From positions 41,577-105,576 of the forward strand of contig NIVC01001529.1 of NCBI GenBank assembly GCA_002269645.1: a stretch of DNA of 64,000 nt, in the 5' to 3' direction. A model generated the notes under the pieces. It was not told the DNA's origin. It saw only the letters and a list, made by a program, of their open reading frames with translations, and made no database searches. The DNA is from Macrostomum lignano (lineage: Eukaryota). Position numbers and translations under genes: made by a program. Each line of letters starts with the position of its first letter. Within the stretch, counting starts at the first letter, position 1. Positions 32,167 to 44,400 of the stretch are shown piece by piece.

Positions 32167-34154
32167 ATGCCCGAGAATCGGCCACCAGCACCGCCTGACT
32201 GCAACCTGCTGCCGCGGCCGCGGGGACGCCTCAGCTTCCTGTCCGAGGAGCAGCTGAAGAAGTTGCAGCAGCTGTACAAAGCCTCCGGCCTTCGGATGCG
32301 GACGTTCATCGTCTACTGTCTCATCCTCATCATGGCCAGCTCAGTCTCCCGGGAGAATCTCAGCTTGGACACTCGCCTGAGCTCATTTAGCAGCAGCCAG
32401 CTGGACGCGGCCACCCGGCAACGCTTGGCTCTTGAAGGATTTCACAGCGACGGGGCTGGTGGCGCTCGCTGCTTCCACTGCGGCGCCAAGCGGCACTCGA
32501 ACCAAGGACGACATGAGGATGCAGTTAATTGCACTCTGCAGAGGCTGCTGCGGCTTCTCAACCTATCAGAGCCAGCAGGTTTGGCCTCATTTATGCTCGA
32601 GCATTCCGAGCTCAGCAGATCCGCAGAGTTCCTCAGAAGGCTGAGAGAAGTTCTCAGACACCCCACTGTCGCCTTCGCCGAGTCTTTCGGCTACACTCCG
32701 GACGACTTGGCACTGGCTCTGATCGGGCACGGGTACGTCACATTCGCTGGAAGCAGGCAGCGGCAGAGGGACATCAGCCAGCTTCGGGCGGGAGATCTAA
32801 TCAGCCTGGCTCAGCAGCAGGAGGCTCCGCACGGCGATGCGAACACGCTGCCCTGGAGAATCACCGGGTTGCTGACTGCGGTCAGTCAGGGCCAGCGGCA
32901 GCAGGTCAAGGACAACACGCCCCAGCCGGTGGAGACCCGACGAGATCCAATTGGCCCGTCGGCGGTACAGCAGCGAGAGACTCGGTGAGGTTCCAAAGAT
33001 AAAGCCGGGGTCCAAGCGAGGGAGAGAGAGGGAAAGAGCTTGCAAACATGATGGCTAGCCAATCACAAGCTTCCGCTGGGCGACGGGGATGGAATGGGTT
33101 GGAAGAGCAGTTATATACAATAGCAGAGATAGAATACACAGCAGCAGAGATAGAATACACAGCAGCAGAGATAGAATACACTGCAGCAGAGATAGAATAC
33201 ACAGCAGCAGAGAAAGAATACACAGCAGCAGAGATAGAATACACTGCAGCAGAGATAGAATACACAGCAGCAGAGATAGAATACACAGCAGCAGAGATAG
33301 AATACACAGCAGCAGAGATAGAATACACAGCAGCAGAGATAGAATACACAGCAGCAGAGATAGAATACACAGCAGCAGAGATAGAATACACAGCAGCAGA
33401 GATAGAATACACAGCAGCAGAGATAGAATACACAGCAGCAGAGATAGAATACACAGCAGCAGAGATAGAATACACAGCAGCAGAGATAGAATACACAGCA
33501 GCAGAGATAGAATACACTGCAGCAGAGATAGAATACACAGCAGCAGAGATAGAATACACAGCAGCAGAGATAGAATACACAGCAGCAGAGATAGAATACA
33601 CAGCAGCAGAGATAGAATACACAGCAGCAGAGATAGAATACACAGCAGCAGAGATAGAATACACTGCAGCAGAGATAGAATACACAGCAGCAGAGATAGA
33701 ATACACAGCAGCAGAGATAGAATACACAGCAGCAGAGATAGAATACACAGCAGCAGAGATAGAATACACAGCAGCAGAGATAGAATACACAGCAGCAGAG
33801 ATAGAATACACTGCAGCAGAGATATAATACACAGCATCAAATAGTGGCAACCACTGAGTCAAATCCACCCACAGCGACCCGAAGCCGCCGCCACAGCCTC
33901 AGCGGCAGTCCCAGCCGGCAGCTCAGCCAAGGTCAGTCTCTGCCAGAGTGGAGGACAGGCCAGGCCAGCAGCCAGTGGAGGCTCCTGCGGATTCCAACAG
34001 CCCGATGTGCATTCTGTGCCAACAGCGTTGGAGGAATCGAGTATTGCTACCTTGCACTCATCTCGTGGCCTGCAATGTCTGCTTGCAGAACAGGACGAGC
34101 TGTCCCAGCTGTGGCGAATCTATCTTGGCCGCCATGAACGGCCTAATCTCCTAG
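32167..34154 (+). CDS. Divergent inhibitor-of-apoptosis-like protein (degenerate BIR, UBA-like, C-terminal RING), 365 aa
   Basis: Exons 32167-32984 and 33875-34154 (phase 2). RLSSF...LALEGFHSDG..GARCFHCG...H...C resembles a BIR; LRHPTVAFAESFGYTPDDL...DLISLAQ resembles the XIAP/cIAP UBA; the RING Cx2Cx11CxHx3Cx2Cx6Cx2C has IAP-type spacing. Confidence 0.75.
33120..33840. repeat. 21-bp tandem repeat (acagcagcagagatagaatac), IAP intron
   Basis: Directly visible; the four ORFs here are artefacts. Confidence 0.95.
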
Positions 34155-34204
34155 ATATTGAACTTCAATTTGGCTTGTCTCAATTTACTATTGACTTACT
34201 TGAG

Positions 34205-35290
34205 TCAGCTGCAGGGTGCAGGATGCAGCGAGGAGGCGTTGCCGCCCAATTTGCTAACCCCTGGCGACCACGGGCAGCTATAGTGCTGCGGTGTCGCGCA
34301 GGGAGTTCCAGTGGTGCCGGTGTCCTCAACGCGGCCCCTCTCCGGAGAGTCCAGGACGTGGATGGTCGCTCGCCCGGTAGCCCTTAGGTAGCGGACGAGC
34401 TGGCAGAGATTCTCGGGCCTGAAAACGTCTGAAGGGCCTGAAGAGGTCCCGGTTTTTAAACCGAGATGGGTGAGCCTGTCCTGAGTAAAGGCGGGGCATT
34501 CACAGATGAAGTGCTCCGCATTCTCGACACCGGAGAGACAGAAGGGGCATTCCTCACTACAGATTTGTCCCTGACGGTAACGATGGCTGGCAAAACAGCC
34601 ATGACACGAGAGAGCCATGGTCACCGCCCTGATGTCCCTGCGGTTGAGTCCAAGCAGGGCCTGTGCAAGGCTGAGGAAGGACAGGGGACGCCGCGCGGGA
34701 TTGCCGGCAGTCGGGGGCATTAACTCACCTTTCCCTGTGCATTGAAGCCACCCACTGGTTGATCCGAGTATTGACAACGGCGGTGGGGTGGGGCTACGGG
34801 CAGGGGACCGGCCAACTCGTTGCCAGGGTGGCCCGAGTTCCCGGCGATCCACCTTAGGGACACCTTGTTGTAGGCGCCTAAGCGGTTGAGCTGCCCGATG
34901 CAGTCGAGGACTGTACGCGAGCAGGTGGTGGTGCACTCAAGGGCGTGGATCGCCACTTGACTGTCCGAGTGGAGGATAATTTCCTTCCCCAGATGCGCTG
35001 CAGATTGTACATCTCCGTGGCACAGGAGCTGATGGCGAGAACTTCGTTCTGGAAGACGGTGGAGCAGGTGCCGGTGTGCTGGGAGAAGGTCGCCACAGTT
35101 CTCCCTCCAGACACGATGCAGTAGCCGTAGCCAGAGGCGGAGTTGATTTGGGACCCGTCAGTGAAGCAGTGGATTTCACGGGATTTCCTGTTGTCCCTTG
35201 CTTCATGACGTGGTGGAATGCTGGTTTTGAATTTGAGCCGAGGGCAGAGCGTGGACGGGATTCCGTCCGAGAGGGTCATTAGGCCTCCCG
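34205..35290 (-). mobile_element. 5'-truncated non-LTR retrotransposon (RNase H + C-terminal CCHC, I/R1-group-like), frameshifted
   Basis: CFTDGSQ...STVFQNEVLAI...(S)DSQ..AIHAL...VSLRWIAGNSGHPGNELA, then LLGLNRRDIR...CPFCLSGVENAEHFICECP. Confidence 0.85.
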
Positions 35291-35494
35291 TTGCTTTTGT
35301 TAATTAGTTTCTAGCATGTACTTAATTTTTTTAATTTTACATCATTCTGCTTTGTAAATTATCATAAAACACAATAAAGCACTTGTTATACTAATAGAAG
35401 TTCAACAACACAGAGAGTGTTTCTATTTACAGATTTTGCCACTGGTCTTTCAGTTTTATTATATTGGCCGGGTTTTGTAACACGCGTACATGTG

Positions 35495-36795
35495 TTGGAC
35501 TGGTCAGTGTCCTACTGGTCTGCTCTTTGATTGTGTCCTAATGGACTGGTCTGTGTCCTGTTGGACTGGTCTGTGTCCTGTTGGACTGGTCAGTGTCCTA
35601 CTGGTCTGCTCTTTGATTGTGTCCTAATGGACTGGTCTGTGTCCTGTTGGACTGGTCTGTGTCCTGTTGGACTGGTCTGTGTCCTACTGGTCTGCTCTTT
35701 GATTGTGTCCTAATGGACTGATCTGTGTCCTGTTGGACTGATCTGTGTCCTGTTGGACTGGTCTGTGTCCTGTTGGACTGATCTGTGTCCTGTTGGACTG
35801 GTCTGTGTCCTGTTGGACTGGTCTGTGTCCTGTTGGACTGGTCTGTGTCCTGTTGGACTGGTCTGTGTCCTGTTGGACTGATCTGTGTCCTGTTGGACTG
35901 ATCTGTGTCCTGTTGGACTGATCTGTGTCCTGTTGGACTGGTCTGTGTCCTGTTGGACTGGTCTGTGTCCTACTGGTCTGCTCTTTGATTGTGTCCTAAT
36001 GGACTGATCTGTGTCCTGTTGGACTGATCTGTGTCCTGTTGGACTGGTCTGTGTCCTGTTGGACTGATCTGTGTCCTGTTGGACTGGTCTGTGTCCTGTT
36101 GGACTGATCTGTGTCCTGTTGGACTGATCTGTGTCCTGTTGGACTGGTCTGTGTCCTAATGGACTGATCTGTGTCCTGTTGGACTGATCTGTGTCCTGTT
36201 GGACTGGTCTGTGTCCTGTTGGACTGATCTGTGTCCTGTTGGACTGGTCTGTGTCCTGTTGGACTGATCTGTGTCCTGTTGGACTGGTCTGTGTACTGTT
36301 GGACTGGTCTGTGTCCTAATGGACTGATCTGTGTCCTGTTGGACTGATCTGTGTCCTGTTGGACTGGTCTGTGTCCTGTTGGACTGATCTGTGTCCTGTT
36401 GGACTGGTCTGTGTCCTGTTGGACTGATCTGTGTCCTGTTGGACTGATCTGTGTCCTGTTGGACTGGTCTGTGTCCTGTTGGACTGATCTGTGTCCTGTT
36501 GGACTGGTCTGTGTCCTGTTGGACTGGTCTGTGTCCTGTTGGACTGGTCTGTGTCCTGTTGGACTGGTCTGTGTCCTGTTGGACTGGTCTGTGTCCTGTT
36601 GGACTGATCTGTGTCCTGTTGGACTGGTCTGTGTCCTGTTGGACTGATCTGTGTCCTGTTGGACTGATCTGTGTCCTGTTGGACTGGTCTGTGTCCTGTT
36701 GGACTGGTCTGTGTCCTGTTGGACTGGTCTGTGTCCTACTGGTCTGCTCTTTGATTGTGTCCTAATGGACTGGTCTGTCCTAATGGACTGGTCTG
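35495..36795. repeat. 20-bp tandem repeat (ggactggtctgtgtcctgtt) with longer variant units
   Basis: Directly visible. Confidence 0.95.
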
Positions 36796-37229
36796 CGCCC
36801 TGCCTATTGTCAGCAGGCCGCATCCGCATGTCTGCACTAAACATTGAAGTCAAGTCGCAAACAACAACCAGATTTGTTAGATTTGCCAAACCAAGAAGAT
36901 TTACAACGAAAAGAATTTTTCTTGATTTTTCATTATATTTATTCTTTTAACACAGACATGCAGGTCAACGCAGACGTTAATAAGTCAATGAAAGATAAAG
37001 ACAAGAGATTAAATAATAATGTGACAAAATTATGAAACAGAAATAATGTTAGAAAGCACCCAAAATTCCATGCGAGAATGTACTTTATGCTTGACATTGA
37101 AGCAGATTTAATGTCAATATTCTGAGTGAGGAATTACATGTAAGCACGAAGCTTCGAGCCAGCAGGATAAAATTCATTACTGTCAGTAGCTTGTAACGGA
37201 ACTGCAAACTACAGATCAAGTTTGAGGAC

Positions 37230-38660
37230 AATTCTCGGGGTAGTTTAGGGGCGATTCTTGGGGGTAGTTTAGGGGCGATTTTTGGGGGTAGTTTAGGGGC
37301 GATTCTTGGGGGTAGTTTAGGGGCGATTCTCGGGGGTAGTTTAGGGGCGATTCTCGGGGGTAGTTTAGGGGCGATTCTTGGGGGTAGTTTAGGGGCGATT
37401 CTCGGGGGTAGTTTAGGGGCGATTCTCGGGGTAGTTTAGGGGCGATTCTCGGGGTAGTTTAGGGGCGATTCTCGGGGTAGTTTAGGGGCGATTCTTGGGG
37501 TAGTTTAGGGGCGATTCTTGGGGTTAGTTTAGGGGCGATTCTTGGGGGTAGTTTATGGGCGATTCTTGGGGGTAGTTTAGGGGCGATTCTCGGGGGTAGT
37601 TTAGGGGCGATTCTCGGGGTAGTTTAGGGGCGATTCTTGGGGGTAGTTTAGGGGCGATTTTTGGGGGTAGTTTAGGGGCGATTCTTGGGGGTAGTTTAGG
37701 GGCGATTCTCGGGGTAGTTTAGGGGCGATTCTCGGGGTAGTTTAGGGGCGATTCTTGGGGGTAGTTTAGGGGCGATTCTCGGGGGTAGTTTAGGGGCGAT
37801 TCTCGGGGTAGTTTAGGGGCGATTCTCGGGGGTAGTTTAGGGGCGATTCTCGGGGTAGTTTAGGGGCGATTCTTGGGGGTAGTTTAGGGGCGATTCTTGG
37901 GGTTAGTTTAGGGGCGATTCTTGGGGGTAGTTTATGGGCGATTCTTGGGGGTAGTTTAGGGGCGATTCTCGGGGTAGTTTAGGGGCGATTCTCGGGGTAG
38001 TTTAGGGGCGATTCTCGGGGTAGTTTAGGGGCGATTCTTGGGGTAGTTTAGGGGCGATTCTTGGGGGTAGTTTAGGGGCGATTCTCGGGGGTAGTTTAGG
38101 GGCGATTCTTGGGGTAGTTTAGGGGCGATTCTCGGGGGTAGTTTAGGGGCGATTCTCGGGGTAGTTTAGGGGCGATTCTTGGGGGTAGTTTAGGGGCGAT
38201 TCTTGGGGTTAGTTTAGGGGCGATTCTTGGGGGTAGTTTATGGGCGATTCTTGGGGGTAGTTTAGGGGCGATTCTCGGGGGTAGTTTATGGGCGATTCTC
38301 GGGGTAGTTTAGGGGCGATTCTCGGGGTAGTTTAGGGGCGATTCTTGGGGGTAGTTTAGGGGCGATTCTCGGGGGTAGTTTAGGGGCGATTCTCGGGGTA
38401 GTTTAGGGGCGATTCTTGGGGGTAGTTTAGGGGCGATTCTTGGGGGTAGTTTAGGGGCGATTTTTGGGGTTAGTTTAGGGGCGATTTTTGAGGGTAGTTT
38501 AGAGGCGATTCTCGGGGTAGTTTAGGGGGGATTCTTGGGGGTACTTTATGGGCGATTCTTGGGGGTACTTTATGGGCGATTCTTGGGGTAGTTTATGGGC
38601 GATTCTTGGGGGTACTTTATGGGCGATTCTCGGGGGTAGTTTAGGGGCGATTCTTGGGGC
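37230..38660. repeat. 23-24-bp G-rich tandem repeat (ggggtagtttaggggcgattct(t/c)g)
   Basis: Directly visible. Confidence 0.95.
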
Positions 38661-38889
38661 GACAATCAATGCTCTACTCTCAGAAACTTTCAAGTTAGCA
38701 TCCAGAAGCAAGAAATAAAAAATAGAAGGCTTACAACAGACTTCAGAATAACTGACAAGGTAGCAGACTGTGCCAGTTAACAAACTGACTTAATAACTTG
38801 AAAGAAACACTTCAGCGTTTTAAAAACTGAGAAAATACTCATAGTCAATAATAGAGTTTTTTATTGCCGATGGGCGATTCAAGGTGAAC

Positions 38890-41029
38890 CTACATCAGCT
38901 GCTGATGATGCTGTTGCTGCTGCTGTTGTTGTTGCTGCGGATGCTGGTAGGAGGATGAAGGCAGCGTCAGACGCTGAATAGTGATGGGAGCGTTAATCAA
39001 TTGCGGCTGCTGCATTGGCTGGCCAGAGTGACTGCTGATGATTCTCTGGAATGTGGGCGAGTTGAGATAGATGAGATATACGATCCAGTGGATCAGGATG
39101 CCTAGGTAATTAGGCCACTGGATACCCAAATAATAGGGGCAACTGACACCCAGATACTCAGGAGACCTGACACCCAGATACTCAGGAGACCTGACACCCA
39201 AATACTCAGGAGACCTGACACCCAGATACTCAGGAGACCTGACACCCGGATACTCAGGAGACCTGACACCCAGATACTCAGGAGACCTGAAACCCAAATA
39301 CTCAGGAGACCTGACACACAGATACTCAGGAGACCTGACACCCAGATACTCAGGAGACCGGTCAACCAGACATTCTGGGTGTCTGAGTAGAAGCAGTAGC
39401 CCGGACAGCCAGATACTCAGGAGGCCGGACACCCAGGTTCTCAGGAGACCGGACACCCAGATAGAGACCGGACAACCAGGTGCTCAGGAGACCTGACACC
39501 CAGATACTCAGGAGACCTGACACCCAGATACTCAGGAGACCTGAAACCCAAATACTCAGGAGACCTGACACCCGGATACTCAGAAGACCTGACACCCGGA
39601 TACTCAGGAGACCTGAAACCCAAATACTCAGGAGACCTGACACCCAAATACTCAGGAGACCTGAAACCCAAATACTCAGGAGACCTGACACCCGGATACT
39701 CAGGAGACCTGACACCCAGATACTCAGGAGACCGGACACCCAGATACTCAGGAAACCGGACACCCAGATACTCAGTAGACCGGACACCCAGATACTCAAG
39801 ACACCTCACCCCGGACGGTGCTCACCATGCTGCCAGGAGCAGCGGGCTGGAAGCTGGCAGGATCCATAATGCGGCTGATCTTGGCAGGCGGCGGGCCAGC
39901 GGTGGCTACAGGGTTGATGACCATCGTCTGAGGGCGAGAAGGTTCGGGAGGGTCGGGCTGTTTACAATGCGACGCTCTAGTTGTCTGGTTGACATTGGAG
40001 AGTCACCAATTATTGCCAAGCCAATTACCAAGATTAACATTCATAAATTAGACAAAAAACTGAATAGAAAAACGAAATTAAAAAAATTATAGCTGAACCG
40101 ATAAAAAAGGACGCTTTGGAGTACGTACAAGTAGATAAGATGACAATTATTTTGAACACTGAGTAGAAGCAGCACATCTCGCCTTAAAATTTTGAAGAGA
40201 AATGTGGCATACTAGACATTCGAAATTTCATTTTCGGTGGTCACGTGACCCGCTGGATGACGCTCTCTTTGTCAATGATTGTAGCTATCTAGATAACTAG
40301 TAAAGCTCTTACATTCCAGCGGCCCAGGCTCGATTCCCAGTGCAGTCACATTAATCTGGCCGGGGCTGAATTGGAATCTCGGCTTGGCTCTGCTCGTGCA
40401 ATTAACGACCTTGAGGGCCAACCCCCAAGGCACAGTGAAGTGTACATGCCTAACGATAAATAAAGTTAGGGCCGCTGTACACTCCTGTGTGAGTGTGTGC
40501 CTGTGAGTATGACTGCGTACGTATCCTTGCGCTTGTGTGCCTGCTCAGGGGAGTCGGCGGAATGGGCAGTAATGCCTCTCGCAGGTTGTGTGACAATGTC
40601 GCCTAAAGTGCGTTAGGGTGCACACAACCTCCAACTTTAACTAAAAAGGCCACTCAGCAAATTTATAAGACGCTGCCCAATGTCTAGAAGGTGTGGCACT
40701 GAAATTAATTGAAACGGAAAAGTACCATCAACACCAACTATAATTGATGCAGTGCATAATTAAAGAGAAAGAGCCTTATTAATATAAATTCAGCTCATAT
40801 CGATAAGATCGACGCACCAAGACACAGATTCATGAATTAACTGATTAAACAAAGACAACCGATCCAACACCAAAACAGTATTTTCAAAATTAGGTGAGCC
40901 AAATTAATTTAAGATCTCAATTTAAGGTCTCAAAGCGTGGCTCTGTACTCAATGTCTTCGTATCTGTTTATCTGTGTCTCATAGTCTTTTTGCTGTCTGT
41001 CTGTCTGTCTGTCTGTCTTTCTGTCTGTG

Positions 41030-41094
<65 letters not shown>

Positions 41095-41117
41095 TTCTGT
41101 CTGTCTGTCTGTCTGTG

Positions 41118-41194
<77 letters not shown>

Positions 41195-41197
41195 TAG

Positions 41198-41230
<33 letters not shown>

Positions 41231-41233
41231 TAG

Positions 41234-41294
<61 letters not shown>

Positions 41295-41305
41295 TTCTGT
41301 CTGTG

Positions 41306-41364
<59 letters not shown>

Positions 41365-41375
41365 GTGTCTGTCTT

Positions 41376-41452
<77 letters not shown>

Positions 41453-44400
41453 GTGTCTGTCTGTCTTTCTGTCTGTCTGTGTGTCTGTCTGTCTCGCCTA
41501 TCCAGGTTACCTTAGCAGCGTGGGGTTGATGAGGCAAAGGCGGATGCGGCAGCTGAGGCTGCTGGTAATAGCCATAGCGGCTATTGAAATCGCAGCCAGT
41601 TCCATAGCCCGGAGGCCCGGCAGCAGCAGGAAAGGCATTTCGCTGCTGATAATACTGCTGCTGCTGCTGCTGATAGCTCTGTGGCTATTATAGAATTATT
41701 TTTCATAGGATAATTAAGACATTAAATAATTTCATTGAAGGAGAAAAAATTGATTAACTACATATAGTAAAATAGATCTATTGACGCACTACTTTAACAC
41801 GACATAGCATGGAACACCAAAAGTACGACATACGTTCTTTTTAAAAAATAAACAAATATAAAATAATGAGTCTAGGTAAGCGATTTGCTAAGATTTTATC
41901 AACTAAAGCTAAGCACTAATTGCAACGAGAATGTTTCACATTTTCTGAATTGTCATCACGCAGCGGATATGGCTAATACTCGTACGTGTTTGCAATCATA
42001 TAAATACGAGTAATTATGGGTAGATTACTGAACTAAGACACCAATACTTAATCACTGAAGGGATTGCTAATCTGTGCTCCTAATTTCTGAATGGATTGCT
42101 AATCCGTGCTCCTAATTGCATAATGGATTGCTAATCTGTGCTTCTGATTGCATAATGGATTGCTAATCTGTGCTCCTAATTGCATAATGGATTGCTAATC
42201 TGCGCTCCTAATTGCATAATGGATTGCTAATCTGTGCTCCTAATTGCATAATGGATTGCTAATCTGTGCTCCTAATTGCATAATGGATTGCTAATCAGTG
42301 CTCCTAATTTCTGAATGGATTGCTAATCTGTGCTCCTGATTGCATAATGGATTGCTAATCTGTGCTCCTAATTGCATAATGGATTGCTAATCTGTGCTCC
42401 TGATTGCATAATGGATTGCTAATCTGTGCTCCTAATTGCATAATGGATTGCTAATCTGCGCTCCTAATTGCATAATGGATTGCTAATCTGTGCTCCTAAT
42501 TGCATAATGGATTGCTAATCTGTGCTCCTAATTGCATAATGGATTGCTAATCTGTGCTCCTAATTGCATAATGGATTGCTAATCTGTGCTCCTAATTGCA
42601 TAATGGATTGCTAATTTTGGCTCCGAAACTTCAAACTAATTAAGTGAATCTCAGCAGCTATAAAAAGCGAATATCAAATTTGAGTAAAACTCTATCTCTG
42701 CTACTTATATGCAAGCAGTAGTAAACAGAGGTCAAGAAGAGGACTGATTCAAAGCCCAACTCACAGCAGACTGCATCGGGCGCATGGTGTACACCGAGGT
42801 TGTTGCTACGCCGGCAGGGAATTTACCCGCCGGCTGGGACACAATCTGGTGCCTGTACTGCGGCTGCTGATGGTGCTGATGGTGCGGGTTGGAAGGATGA
42901 GACGGAGGCATGTACACCATGACGTGCGGCTGAGTCTGCGGCTGCGGCGGCTGCGCCCTGACTACAGGCGGCTGCTGCAGCTGCGGCGCCGGCTGTCTCT
43001 GCTGAAACCGAGTCCGCATGTCGCGCAAGAACTCATCCTGATCGGCCGGGATGGAGGCCACAATGCTTCCTAGCTGGGCGTCGTAGCGCGCCACCAGGCA
43101 GCGCGCCAGCTGGGTGGCGCCGGGCGCTCCGGCCGGCCGAGAGGTCTTTAAATCGCAGAAAATCAGAGCCATCTGCAGTGGGGAGGGGTTGGTGGTGCAG
43201 GGTGCTGAGGGCGAGTGATGCAGAGCGATAACAGGTGGCATAGATCGGTGCCGACAGCAAGCAATCAGTTTGGATTAGCAGTTATTTTTTGGATTAGCGG
43301 TAGCGTTGAACTCAGATGTACGACTTGGATCTCTTATCCTCCATCTACCATCTCTTAACCGCTATCTACCATCTCTTAACCGCTATCTACCATCAGTTGC
43401 CCTCCATCTACCATCTCTTACTCTCTATCTACCATCTCTTACCCTCTATCTACCATCTCTTATACCCTCCATCTACCATCTCTTACCCTCTATCTACCAT
43501 ATCTTATACCCTCCATCTACCATCTCTTATACCCTCCATCTACCATCTCTTACCTCCATCTACCATCATTTGCCCTCCATCTACAATCTCTTACCCTCCA
43601 TCTACCATCTCTTACCCTCCATCTACCATCTCTTACCCTCCATCTACCATCTCTTACCCTCTATCTACCATCTCTTACCCTCCATCTACCATCATTTGCC
43701 CTCCATCTACCATCATTTGATCTCAGTCTATTATCTCTTACCCTCTATCTACCATCATTTGCCCTCCATCTACCATCATTTGATCTCAGTCTACCATCTC
43801 TTACCCCTCCATCTACCATCTCTTATACCCTCCATCTACCATCTCTTATACCCTCCATCTACCATCATTTGCCCTCTATCTACCATCTCTTATCATTTGT
43901 CTACTTTTCCTAACATTATGATGTACGTCAATAGAACACAAAAATAACTCAAATAATTATGGGATGCTGTCACACCGAAAGTACGGACAGAGTTATAAAA
44001 TATAAAATCCAACTCCTTCATTTCAACATCACTAAGCAAGGTGACGTTATAAATTTATAACCCAGAGCCAACCATGACAGATTCGAATACGGCAAGATAA
44101 ACAGGGAAAAAATTACAACGGAATTGGCCTCATAATCAAGTTCCTAAAATATAGCTCAGTGCTCCCTATCAGCACATCACCAAATTAGAATTATGGAACG
44201 CTAAATTAATTCGCAACAACCGCACACAACACTAATCAAATCAAAGACTACTTAAAGTAGCAGTAAACCGAGCTGTTTACGCAAAAAATACACTACACGC
44301 ACTCATGCACACGCTCACAAAGGGTGCACAGCGGCCCTTGACTACTAGAATAACTAGATGAGCCACTCAGCACATTTGCGTGTAAGCTACTTTCAGTTCA

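Noticed and set aside
32906-33868. AAEIEYT and ISAAVYS repeat ORFs
   Set aside because: A 21-bp array lying inside a GT-AG intron whose flanking exons join in frame.
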